From Dimorphilus gyrociliatus (taxonomy: Eukaryota > Animalia > Annelida), in the NCBI GenBank assembly GCA_904063045.1, contig CAJFCJ010000019.1, positions 3,723,409 through 3,787,408 on the forward strand: a DNA stretch of 64,000 nucleotides, read 5' to 3'. Both the position numbers and the translations under genes were made by a program. Shown here piece after piece: positions 41,308 to 54,500 of the stretch. Each line of letters begins with the position of its first letter. Within the stretch, counting starts at the first letter, position 1. The notes below the pieces were generated by a model. It had not been told where the DNA came from and ran no database searches. It worked only from the letters and a program-made list of their open reading frames with translations.

Positions 41308-42388
41308 ATGGCTGATATACTTTTACCACGTGAAGGTTCCAAATGGGTGATGACACAGGCTAAAGATGTTAAAATAATCGAAGCAGGGGTGAAAAAAGTC
41401 AGTAATATAATTTACTCAAAGATTCTGGAAAATGACAAGATGTTCTTTTTAAAATCATTTACAAGCCATCCGTTAAATCCATCTACAATGGATAAATCAG
41501 CAATTGAGTGGGTCTTTTTTGTAGACGTTTTGAATTTTTCTTTTTGGTCTGATAACAGTGACAATAAAGCTGGTGTTAAGTGGGGAGACAATATATGGAC
41601 AGGTGCCTCTTTATTTTATTAACTAATTAATTGTATTACCAGACAATTATGTTGTACCAGGTTATTGGGCCCTATGTGCAGCTGTAAATCGAGCGTTGGC
41701 TGAAGGTAAAGAGATTACTTCAGCACAAGTGTTTTCAAAAATAACGAAGGAGGAACTGAAGCATGTCCTGAGATCGGACACTGAGAGAGAGATTCCCCTT
41801 CTTGACGAACGTGTGAAAAATCTTCATCAAGCTGGTAAAGTCATCATGGAACTGTATGATGGTTCAATTATTAACATGGTTAAAGCAGCGGATAAAAGTG
41901 CAATGAAACTATTGGACATGATCGTCTCCAACATAGAATCGTTTAGGGATACTGCAATGTACGAGGGAAAACGAGTTGCCCTTTATAAAAGAGCGCAGAT
42001 TCTAATCGCTGATATCTGGGCTGCATGTGAAGGTCGAGGCCTTGGAGAGTTCACTGATATCGACGAACTAACAATGTTCGCTGATTACAGGATTCCTCAA
42101 GTTTTGTGCTGGTTTGGAGTGCTTGATTACTCGGTTGAACTAATGGAAAAGCTTAAGTCGAAGCACGTTTTCAACAATGGTGACAGAGAAGAGGTAGAAT
42201 TACGAGCAGCATCCATTAAGGCAGTAGAAATGATCGTAAAGGAGACGAAAGCTCTACTGAAAAATAATGAAGGAGACTATGTAGTAAATTCATCTGTAGT
42301 CGACTTTTATCTTTGGGAATATAGAAGAGAAAAAGCTAAGGAATGTGATATAATACCGTTTCACAGATGCCGCTGTATTTATTACTAA
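41308..42388 (+). CDS. QNG1: Queuosine 5'-phosphate N-glycosylase / queuosine salvage protein (C9orf64, DUF2419)
   Basis: Exons 41308-41602 and 41661-42388. Motifs WVFFVDVLNFSFW, GYWALCAA, LYKRAQILIADIW, LTMFADYRIPQVL, EVELRAAS, DFYLW and PFHRCRCIYY. Confidence 0.95.
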
Positions 42389-42467
42389 ATTCAAGAATTC
42401 AGGACGTTTGTAATATCTTTTCAAAAATACAATTTCAAGAGATTCTCTGCAGAGTCTCTTCAATGAT

Positions 42468-44320
42468 TTAGCGCATAACAGGCATAGCTGTGGAGGCTGT
42501 GGAGTGTGAAACGTCCTCGCCTCTCCATAATTGTGTAACGGTTTTAACTTGCGTGTAGAATTGGATTCCTTGTTTTCCGTAAAAGTGCGTATCTCCTCTG
42601 AAAGAGCCCCTTGAGCCAGTAAATGAAAACATAGGCAATGGCACTGGAATTGGGACATTGATTCCTACTTGACCAACATCAATTTTTTGTGTATATTTAT
42701 GAGCAGTAGCTCCATTTGTTGTAAAAATGGCGGTACCGTTTCCATAAGGATTTCCATTAATAAGATTAATGGCATCATCAAGTGTATCAGCCTCCATTGA
42801 ACAAAGTACAGGGCCAAAGATTTCTTCTTTATAACATTCCATGTTGGGTTGCACACCGTGTAAAACAGTAGGTCCAACAAAATTGCCCTTTTCGTAACCT
42901 TCTACCTTAACTCCTCTACCGTCCAATAGGACTTTACAGCCATCCTTTTGACCAGATTCAATAAGTTTTTCCACTCTTTCTTTGGCTTGTGGGGAGATTA
43001 AAGGACCAAGATCGGCCTTAGGATCAGTTCCAACGTTAACTTTCAATTTCTTTGCTCTTTCAATCAACTCTGGTATCCACTCCTTACTCTCACCAACCCA
43101 AACAACAGTTGTTAAAGCCATGCATCTTTGTCCGGCAGCACCAAAAGCCGCACCCGCCAAAGCATTCAAAGTGGCTTCTTTATTGGCATCTGGCATAATA
43201 ACACCATGATTTTTTGCACCCATATTACTTTGAACTCGCTTTCCATTCTTTGACCCTCTATTGTAGATATAAGTTCCAGCTTGGTCAGAACCAACAAAGG
43301 ATATTGCGCGAATAAGAGGATTATCACAAACAAAGTTTACAGCGTCATGTGCACCATGTATAACGTTAACAGTACCAGCAGGAAATCCTGCTTCTCTTAC
43401 CAGATCCATAATCATCATTGTTGCTCCAGGATCTCTTTCAGAGGGCTTTAGCAGCATGGTGTTTCCGGTGACAAGAGCCATTGGAAACATCCATAACGGG
43501 ATCATAGCAGGGAAATTGAAAGGTGTTATTCCAGCTGTTACACCAAGTGGTAGGCGGTATGAAACGATGTCCATGTCCTTAGCAACACCGGGAAGTGTCT
43601 CTCCCAGCTGCAATGAAGTAATGGAACAACAATGCTCAACAACTTGTAATCCTCTCAACACATCCCCTTCGGCATCGACTAACGTTTTGCCCTAAATCGG
43701 AAAAATAATTGATATTCTTAGTAAGAAAAACATTAAACTCAAACAATTGTAACCACACCTGTTCCTCGGTTATATTTGCAGCAATTTTCTTCATATTCTC
43801 TCGTAAAAGTTGTTGTAATTTAAACATGTGCTGCTGTCGGGTTAGCACAGTTGTGGTTGACCATTGTTCAAATGCCCTTTCACACGACTCTACAGCGCGT
43901 TGCATTTCGGCCTGGGTACATTTTGGTACTCTTGTGATAATCTCATTTGTAGCCGGGTTGGGAAGATCAATCCATTCATTGGTCTCAGATTCCACAAATT
44001 CATTGTCGATAAACATTTTTGTCTAAAATATGCGGATGCACTATAAAATACTTAATTTTAAATCGGATTTTGCTAATACCAACAGTATTGGATCCTGTAG
44101 CGTAGCATCGTCTAGTTGCGTGATGACACGCCTGAAAAATTCACAAAGAAATTGATTACTTCGATATTAAGCACGTGACAGTTCGAAATTTATAATCTAT
44201 AGGGATTACTCTAATTAGTTGCGTCTTTATGCAAGAAATTAGCTTGCAAAAATCCTTTAAACACTAAACAAAAGTACAAACCCGGCGAAGAAGATTGACA
44301 TTTCTTAGTAGTCCAGCCAT
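42468..44320 (-). CDS. ALDH6A1: Methylmalonate-semialdehyde dehydrogenase (acylating), mitochondrial
   Basis: Exons approximately 44282-44320 ([13 protein letters not shown]), 44084-44131, 43759-44022, 42468-43691. Basic mitochondrial presequence, [33 protein letters not shown], catalytic [18 protein letters not shown] and [12 protein letters not shown]. Confidence 0.97.
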
Positions 44321-44601
44321 TTTCGAAATAGAGTGAGGTGACCTATATTAGTATGGTGCGTTCTACCGAAGAACAAAAATGAGGACCATATTACGATTCA
44401 AGGTTATCCGCCATTTTTTTTCCCCGCTTAACTGATAGTGTAGTGTATTTCTACAAAAAAAGGTAAAATGGCTCGCTAGAGGGCGTCGGCTAGATCTGGC
44501 CAAAAATTTTCGTCTGACAATTGAATGGATTTCCTAGGCCAAAGCGTTTGATTCATAGATATTGATCGTTGTATACCTGTTCGAACCCGTGACGTTCAAC
44601 A

Positions 44602-47086
44602 ATGTCAACACAATATGAACAAATACCCCCCTGGCGGAGGGAATTTCTTGAAAAGAGACAGAGGGCTCAGGAAATGGAACGACTCCGCCTGGAGAGTGCA
44701 GCCGAAAAACTCGCCAGTGTACCTAGTTGGAAAAGGGGTCTTTTGGAAAAAAAGAAGCAGCAGATGAACTCGGTCGTGTATACTGATAAGGAAGGAAACG
44801 GTACAACTGTCAACGGTTACGGTAACCATTCAATCGAGAAAGAAGAACATTTATTACCAGTTAATCAAAATCCCTGGGTCAGGTCCGATACCAAAATTAA
44901 ACACTCAAACCAACCAGCAAACAACTGTAAACTAATATCCAATAACTTTAACGACTCTGTGTTCGATGACTCAGAGAACACTGAAGTTGAATACGGAGCG
45001 GGTTTTGTTCATAAAATATTGCAAAAATTCTCTCACATGTCGACAAATGATTCTCATCCAAAAAGATCACATAGTACGGATTCTTTAGACGACAGAAAAA
45101 CGGAGTCTAAGCGACGAATTCAATCAGAAAGGACAGACTGTGTTGATCAGGAACCCAACAAGCTTCCTTCTAAATCAGTGAGCGTGGAATCTTTAAGCTC
45201 ACTTGCTAACTCTCCTGGTAGAGTCCCACAATCACCATTGATATGCCGCTCTTCAAATAAAGGTAGTATTCCAGAGAATGAAAGACCCAAGAAGAATATT
45301 GTGAAATCAGCTCTCTCTAAATTCCAAACTGGCCCATTGAGCCCACCAACTTATACAAAAAGATCGGCACCGCTTCCACCTCCTTTTTTGAAAAAAACGG
45401 ATACAACTGAAAAGTCTAATGGCTTCTCAAATTCAAGCCATTCCAATGACCCTTGCTCACAAGAGTCTTTCCAGCACTCTTTAAATAATAATGCTAACAT
45501 TCCAAGCCATGAACGTGATAAAAATAAAAAGTCTTTACAAAATGTGATGAATAATTCCACAGAAGTTATAACTGAAATTGTTTCAGTCACAGAAGAAGTT
45601 AAAAAGGAAGAATCTCCTAGAGAACCAACTAAACCTGCAAAGCAAAATCATTCCAAAACTCGAAAAACAAATATATATGACTCGGCTCAGGAGCGCACAG
45701 ATAGGTCGCACCTCATTTTAGAATTTTCTCATAGAAACCCAGAAAAAAATAAAAATTCTACGAACAAAGGTGGTAAACCAGGAAAGTTTTCATTTGGAGC
45801 CGCCTCAAACGTGGTCCCGAAGACGTATAATAAGCTAGTACTACAAACTCATTTAACTAAATACGATGATATAAAAGATAAAAATGATGAAGTTCGAACA
45901 CTAGAGGATTATAAACAACAAGTTGATGCTAATGAATACGAGAATCTCCAGACAAATATTGATGATCTTACAAGTGACGATGATGATATTCCGGTGACAT
46001 ATATTGATGATATTTTAGCAGAAAATGAAATAGATTTTATAGGAGCTAACGTTAAATTAAATAGAAATTTGTTAGAGAAGACAAAGAAACCAGGCTCGGT
46101 AAGAATAACGATTTCTTATCTTCTATTTATCTTCTAGGGCGTGGATATTTTTTAGATACAAAAATTTTTGATTACGCATTTTACGCTTTTACAAAATATC
46201 CGGAAGTATTTTCAGACGTCATTGCTTCAGAAGAGAATGGTCATATAGTATAGCGAAAAACGACCTGTTAAGTTTATTCGACGTAATAAACATGAATAAA
46301 ATAATATATTCCGCACGTACACATCTGTATATTTAAGCTATAAAGCTTAGACTAATTTACTATTATAAAGACTAAATTTTAAAAATTTAACAAAAGATAA
46401 ACACCTTACGACAACATGTCGACAGTTGTTATCATTGCCAAAATATAGAACAAGTTATTGACCGTTATCAGGAGTCTCCTGATAAAGCATGGACAAAGTA
46501 ATATTTACAGTATAGTGAGATTTCTAAGAGTTTGTTAAAATATGCATGGTTTTTACATAAAGCCTAATTGATATTTTAGTACATCGTTATTGTCATTACG
46601 CCGTTCGTTAAATGTAGTAACATATGCCACGTATTATTAAAGTAAATATGTGTATTGATTTGTGGACTTATTTAAAAACAGTTACGAATTTCATTCAACG
46701 ACTCCGAAGATATTTTTGAATATCCATCAGAAGCTTCACTATGGCAGCCAGAACGTACCAAACCTATCGAACCCTCTAATAAACCCAGTAAAACATTTGT
46801 GGATAATCCAGCTCTACGCTCTACTTCCTGTGAGTTTTACATAGCATAACAACTGCTTTTCAAACTTCTCCATTGTAAAAATACATAAAAACCAATCTTT
46901 TTTCTAGCTGGCACGTTGGGATCGTATGTGTCTTCTACTCAAGTAGACTATGTTTGGGGAGAAAGGAAACCTGAAAGTCAGCCTATTCAATCAAATAACA
47001 AGAATGAAGAGAAGATATCTAGACAGCAAGAATCTGCGGATCACTCTTGGTCGGAGACTTCAAGAAGTTCTCATTTATTATTTTAA
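44602..47086 (+). CDS. Taperin/phostensin (TPRN/PPP1R18)-like PP1 regulatory protein
   Basis: Exons 44602-46099, 46682-46829, 46908-47086. N-terminal IPPWRREFLEKR and VPSWKRGLLEKK repeats, RVxF-type LRISF followed by FEYPSEASL, GTLGSYV, and terminal HLLF. Confidence 0.8.
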
Positions 47087-47449
47087 TATGATTTTAATTA
47101 AAGGAAGGATAAATGCTGCTGTTTTAAAATTTAGGTTTAAAAAATTTAGCCTTTTTTAGGTTATTTTTTGTTTTTCCCTATTGTTATCTTGTTTGTTCTC
47201 ATTGATATTTATTATATGCTCTATTCTACATCTAAAACTGTTTCATGAAAATTGTTCGAAACTAAGAATCTATTTATAGACAAAAAAGAAAAATAATTAT
47301 GTTATTAATAATTCCAAACAAAAAGAAAATGCTTTTAAGCAATTTTGGTGATTGGTATTACAATATTTTAAACTTTTGTTGAGCTTTTGCATATCTTGTT
47401 GTAGAGAAGACAGGGAAATCTACATGTATATGTATATATACATATACCA

Positions 47450-47451
<2 letters not shown>

Positions 47452-47484
<33 letters not shown>

Positions 47485-47490
47485 CTATAT
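47452..47490. repeat. (TA)n microsatellite; another TA tract lies at about 59678-59706
   Basis: Directly visible tatata run. Confidence 0.85.
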
Positions 47491-48519
47491 ATACATTGTA
47501 TATATGCATTCTATTCTTATCAATTGTGGATATGATGTTACGTTTTTACTAGCAAAGGAAGTATTTAAAAAAAATGTGAATTTCCTGTTTTTATAAAAAT
47601 AAATTATTATTTATACGACACGTTATAGTCTATATTCTTACAATTTTTAATCTTTTGAATAGTTTATTATTGTTCACCTTACACTTTTTCTATCCGATAG
47701 ATGGCACCATTTATCAAGGACAGAATGGCTTATTCATATTCATGATTCAGATAAAATGTATTTCTGCGCGACAACAAAAATTACGTTTAAACAATAAACT
47801 AATCTGTAATATCCGGAAAATGTATGAATAATTATATTAAATGCATAAAGTAGTATTTGATCTTATCTCAATGTTGTTTTAGAGCTATTTGGCATTGACC
47901 AGACTAGCGAACTATATTTTCGGCCATATTTTGGTTTGCGCGTCTGAGTAAAGAGGTCGTCTGCGTTCGCGGAGGATAATCGGTGACTTTTCGAAATTAT
48001 TTTCATATAGGGGCGAACGATTTCGTTGTTTTACAATTTGGATTAGCCGATGAGCTGGTAAGCAAAGAAATAGCGTGTGTACTTTCGACTTTTTAGTGTC
48101 TTCTGTATTGTCACTCTCTAAAGATGGCTGCCATCCTTGGCTCTCTTTTCCAAGTTTATCCTGATCGTTTTTATATAACTAACTCGTTAAGCCAGAGAAA
48201 TAATTTTTCTAAATGTATTACAAATCGCTCCGATCTTTGTATTTTATAGTCTTTAGTAGCCTTCTTATGTGTTTTTGTGCTCAAATTAAAAGAAGATTTC
48301 TGCTTATCGGCTTTTATGGACACTATCGATTCCTATGTTGTAGGCCGCACCGATTGTTTAAAGAGTTTGATTACATTTACGAATCTCGAAGCGAAAAGCT
48401 CGACCGCCTCAGTGTCGCCGACGTATCCGATTTCACCTTCGTACTTTTTTTGTTTTTTTAATTTGGTACTTATTCCTTAACAGCCTAACGCTTTTTCAGA
48501 TCTCAACAACTGAAAAAAG

Positions 48520-51500
48520 ATGACCGAAGTGGAACATCACTATTCACCCAAGCAACCCTGGGAAAGTGCCACTAATAATGGTACGGATATCCATGAAGAT
48601 TGGGAAAGCGGCAATAACTCGGCCAAGTTGTTTGAACGATCGAGAATTAAAGCGCTAGCAGGTTCGTACTGTTTATTCTGCTACGAAAGATTATGAATAT
48701 TTGTTTTTGTAGAGGAGAGACAAAAAGTCCAAAAGAAAACTTTTACAAAATGGGTGAATTCACATTTGAATCGTGTCGAATGCAGAATTCAGGATTTATA
48801 TATCGATATGGCGGATGGAAAAATGTTAATCAAATTATTAGAAGTACTCTCTGGCGATCGTCTTGTAAGTTAATGGCCTCACCTCTAAAAACTAATTAAT
48901 TCGGATGGACTATCCATAATACGTGTTTAGTTGTATTCATTTGAGATTTGATGAATTGATTTAGTTGGCAAGAGTAATGACTAGGCACGAAGAAACCCAC
49001 TTATCAATAGCCTAATCGCATCAAATATAGTCGCATATGGTTAATGAAATTTCATAATCTATACATTGCGGCATCAGATGATACTATATCTTCTCTTGTA
49101 GTTTAGACAAAGAATTATTTTTTATTAATTCTTGAATGTCAATTTTTTACTATTCACAATGTCCGATTTATTTCAGCCAAGACCAACAAAGGGAACAATG
49201 AGAATTCATTGTTTGGAGAACGTCGACAAAGCCCTAATGTTTTTAATGGAGCAACGCGTACATTTGGAGAACGTTGGCGCTCATGATATTGTTGATTGTA
49301 ATCAGCGTTTAACGCTGGGCTTGATATGGACAATTATTTTAAGGTTTCAGGTAAACAATTTTTAATTTCTTCGTAAGATCGATTTCTGCCAAGCAGCCTG
49401 TTATATTCGTCAGAATTACGAGCAGATGCTGCATCATGCGGCTGCTATATTTAACTGCGGCTAAAACGAGGGCGTGGTTCTCTGTTGGTGCTGTGCGCAA
49501 GAGTTGAGTAGGTCAAAAAATATTTTATTTGTCCCGTCTCTTCGATTTTTTCTCCAGTAAAATGATATGGCCGAACTAGGCCACACCTACGCTTTGTGTA
49601 CATTTTTGTCGCTATATTCGGACATATCAAACTCTAAGATAACAAAAGTCGAAATAATGAAGGCTTTATTTTTTATTGTTATGTTCATTGCAGATTCAAG
49701 ATATATTTTTCGAGGCCGAAGACAACGAAAAGAAATCGGCTAAAGATGCCTTGTTGCTGTGGTGTCAGATACAGACGAAGGGTTATCCGAATGTTAGTGT
49801 TAGGGATTTTTCGCGATCTTGGCGAGATGGGCTGGCTTTTAACGCTATCATACATAAACACCGACCTGATCTGATCGACTTTAAAAATCTAAGGAAATCA
49901 AATGCTATTCAAAATTTGAACAATGCTTTTCAAGTTGCAAGCGAAAAGTTAGACATCGCCTCTTTACTTGACGCTGAAGATGTTAACCAGGAAGTTCCAG
50001 AAGAGCGATCGATAATGACCTATGTTGCTTCCTATTATCATGTTTTCAGCAAGATGAAGCAAGACTCGGTTCAAGGAAGAAGAATTGGTAAAGTTATTGA
50101 TGGTATTCGTGAGAATGACAATGATATCCAAGAGTACGAGAATCTGACATCTGATCTACTCGAATGGATACGAAATACAATCACAGAATTAAATAAACGC
50201 GAATTTAAAAACACTTTGGAAGGTGTACAAAAGCAATTGTCTGACTTTAACGCTTATAGAACAACAGAAAAACCACCAAAATTTGTTGAGAAGGGAAATC
50301 TTGAAATCCTTTTATTTACCATTCAGAGTAGGCAGCGAGCTAACAACCAGAAACCGTACATGCCTCGGGAAGAACGAATGATATCTGATATAAATAAGGC
50401 ATGGGAAGAATTAGAGCGAGCAGAACACGAGCGTGAACTTAAGTTACGAGAAGAGTTGATTAGACAAGAGAAGTTGGAACAATTGGCAGCAAGATTCGAT
50501 CGTAAAGCCGGTTTAAGAGAGGATTGGTTGAATGAAAATCAACGTTTGGTTTCACAAGATAACTTCGGTCAAGATTTAGCAGCAGTCGAAGCTGCAACTA
50601 AAAAACACGAAGCTATTGAAACTGATATCAATGCATATAACGAAAGAGTTCAAGCGGTCATTCACGTCGCTGATGAATTGCAAAGCGAAAATTATCATGA
50701 TATAGACAGGATCATAGCCAGAAAAGAAAATGTACAGACTCTGTGGGAGTATTTACTGGAATTACTTCAAGCAAGACGACAACGTCTCGACCTGACTCTG
50801 AAATTGTATAAAATATTTCAAGAAATGCTTTATGTATTGGACTGGATGGATGAAATTACTGCAAGGTTGCATTCTGAGGATTACGGTAAACATTTAATGG
50901 GAGTACGCGACTTAATTCAGAAGCACGAGTTGTTGGAAGCCGATATCACCGTCGTGGGAGCTAGGGTTCGAACAATAAACTCATCTGCTAATTATTTTGT
51001 TGATGGAGAATTTCCACAAGAGGTCGGTGATTATCGCCCTGTCGACCGAAATGTTGTTGCTGATAGAATGAGATATTTAGAGCAAAGATACGCCGAATTG
51101 CTACAATTAGCAAGAGGAAGAAGGTCAATGTTGGGTGAGAGTGAACGTCTATGGCAATTCCAATGGGATATCACAGATGAAACCAGCTGGATTACTGAAA
51201 AATATCAATTGATGTCTGCCGAAATACCTGAAGAATTAAATTTGACGGCTGCCCTTCTACTAAAAAATAAACATAAGGTACAGTAATAATCGAGTAAAAA
51301 TATTTTCTTGTGCACCAAAACTTTAAATTAGATGGAGGAAGATGAAGTGCACGCGCATCACGCTCATAAAATATCCCTTCTAGATTCTATAGAGGCAGTA
51401 GTTAATGAAATTGAAACGGTATTTAAAGCGATAAGACTTGATTAAAAATGAAATACGCCATGTGATTGCTATTTGTTGATTTTTTTCTCGATTTTTCCCT

Positions 51501-54500
51501 TTTCCTAACATTTTTATTTATTTTGCTTGTTTACATAGGCAAATGAAAATGAGTTGTCAGCGAGACGAGGTCATGTTGATGGAATACTAGAAGGTGGACA
51601 AAAATTGATAGATGCTAACAACCTTGGAACTGATATAATCAGAAATCGTATTCAATATGTTAACGAAGAATGGGATGATCTAGTCAAATTAGCTGATACT
51701 AAGCGACAGCGTTTGGACGAAGTTGTACAATTAAATCAATTCGCATCCGACGCTGAAGATGTTAATCTTATGCTTGTTGAAATGTTGCGAAAGCTCAACT
51801 CTGATGATGTTGGCAGAGATGAAACATCAGCTATGTCTCTTTTGAAGAAGCATAACGCTGACAAGGAAGAGCTTTTGAACTACAGTGAAGTAATCAAGGC
51901 TTTACATCAACAACGGGAGCAACTCTCCGAAAAAGATAGAGACTTACCACAAGTAGGTGATAGCTTGAGAACTGTCGACAACCGCTACAAGGAACTAATC
52001 GATCTTGCGGATGAACGAACCCAGAAATTAAATGACGCTCTTGCTTTGTATCAACTTTACAATGAAGCAGATATTGTAGAACAATGGATAATAGAAAAAA
52101 CTAAACTACTTAGCACTATGGATATTAAGCCAAGTGAAATGGAGGAAGTAGAGATTATCGGAGCTCGGTTCGTGATTTTCGATCAAGAACTTTCAACTGC
52201 TCGAGAAAAGGTCGATCATGTTAATGAACTCGCTCAACAGCTTCTCAATAACAAACATCCAAACGTCGAAGAAGTTGAAAAGAGAAGAAATGAAGTTAGC
52301 GAGATGTTGAGTGAACTAGAGAAAATTGCTAACGAGAAAAGAAAACAACTTTCTGGAATTCAGAGCAAAACTACATGGCAAATCGAATGCACAGAAACTA
52401 TCACTTGGATTAAAGAGAAGACCAAAGTTATTGAATCGACAGATGAATTAACTAGTGATTTAGCTGGTATCATGCAGTTGCAAAGACGTCTTGGTGGTCT
52501 GGAAAATGACTTGACTGCCATTAACGCCAGACTGGTTCAATTAGAACACGATGCCGACCAATTGGAAGAGGATAATCCCGAAGAAGCTGAATTGATAAGG
52601 GCGAAGATTGATGAAGTCAAAGCACTTTGGCAAAACCTGAACGAGAATATGCAAAAGAGGGATGAGCAACTAAGCGCAGCAAGCGAACAACGTAAGTTCT
52701 TGGGTGACTTGGACTCCTTCCAACAATGGCAGGATAAAACTCAAGCTCGTATCGCAAGAGAAGACTTCCCTGTTGATGTTGCTGATGCTGAACGTTCATT
52801 AGCTAGTCACAGCGAAGTTAATGATGACATTGAAGCACATGCTGAAGAACATGAACGTCTCGTTGAATATGGTAAAAGTATGGTGGCAGATATGGATGAT
52901 GATCCACAATACGTCATGCTAAAGGATAGACTTCAAGGAATAGATGAAGACTGGGAAAATCTTAGAAGATCGTGGAAATCTAAACAAAACAAGTTAACTC
53001 AAAACCTCAATTATCAATTTTTCCTTCGAGATGCCAAGCAGGCGGACTTACTTTTGAGCCAACAAGACAACTTTTTGTCGAGAGAAGACGTACCGGTAAG
53101 TGACTATTATTTGAGTCGCAGATATTGTCAATTATCAATAGATTAGCCACAAGTCGGATTGCTCTGTATAGTTTTTAAAATCACTAGTGGTTATCACTTG
53201 TTAGCCTCTGTATGTACTCATATACTTTGCACAGACAAAACCCGGAATGGATAAACAGGTATCACTGCATGATTACTCTTACTATACCTAAAGCGACGTA
53301 GTCCACTGTTTTTTATCGTTTGGTTTCATTAAGTGTTAAGAGACTGATTTTTTTCCATTAGATAAGATAATTAATTTTTACTACCACTTTGTTCTCGATA
53401 GAATAGAATTTTTTCAGGTTACTAAAAATTCCAGTTGAAGACTTGCAGAAATGTTTTTATTTCCCTGTTTTTTTTTCCCACTAGAGAAAGCTGTTTTTTC
53501 AAGAAGTTATCTGTAGCAGCTTTATGCACTAAACGAACACTAATTTTCCGCACAATATCGATTATTATTATACACCTAGTTAGGTGCGTTCTTATTATAC
53601 TTTATTAAAAATATGTATTCGCTTTCAGACGTCTCTTACTGCTGCGGAGAATCTAATCAAGAAATTAGAACAGTTTATAGCAACCCTGGATGCAAATGAC
53701 GAACGAATCAATCAAGTTTTACACGAGGCCCAACGCCTTCAAGATGAGAATCATTACGCTTCTGAACTTATTAAAACTAAAGCTGATAGTATTGATGACC
53801 GTCGTCAAGCGAATAGACAAAGAGCTAATGAAAAATTATTGAAATTGAAATCACAATTAGACCTTCAATTACATCTTCAGGAATTCGACGAACTAGAAGA
53901 ATGGATAGAAGAGAAGAAAACAGAAATGGATGAAGGAGAGCTACCTAGTGTCAAGGATCGCAAGATTATACACACAAAATTTGTAAAGCACGAAACTCAT
54001 ATCGCCGAAATAAGAACACACAAAACTTTCTTGGCAAAACTTATTGCGGACACGGAAGCTTTGATAGAGGAGAAGCCCGAAACTTCTGAAACTCTTCAAC
54101 CTCGTCTAGACGATCTTAAACAAAAGTGGGAAGATTTGGAAAATGGTGCCGAGGAGAAACGAGAAGTGCTGCTTAGAGCTCAAGGTCCTGCTGCTGTAGA
54201 AGATACCTGCGATGATGTAGATGCTTGGATCACTAATCTCGAATGTCAAATGGAATCTGAGCTAGTTCCTGAAGCACCCCTAACGCTCAATTTGCTTATT
54301 CAAAAGCAAAACATACTCGAAAGCGAACTTCAACTTAAGCAACAACAAGTCGACCAATTACAAGCAATGCAAGCTCCTCTTGAACAGTGTGAACCAGATG
54401 AACGTGACCGAATCGATAAAAAGAGAGCTCAAGTTCAGGAACGTTTCTTGAAGCTCATGGACCCTTTGAAAGAGCGAGAAAAACGAATTGATAAAGAAAA

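Noticed and set aside
44575-44600. TTCGAACCC resembling a tRNA T-loop / B-box
   Set aside because: No cloverleaf stems or A-box nearby; it lies in the taperin-like 5' region.
48277-48480. Upstream ORF (MDTIDSYVVGR...) as an alternative beta-spectrin N-terminus
   Set aside because: The donor at about 48440 gives no in-frame join to the 48500 exon (in-frame TGA before the ATG) or to the next exon; probably 5'-UTR or uORF sequence.
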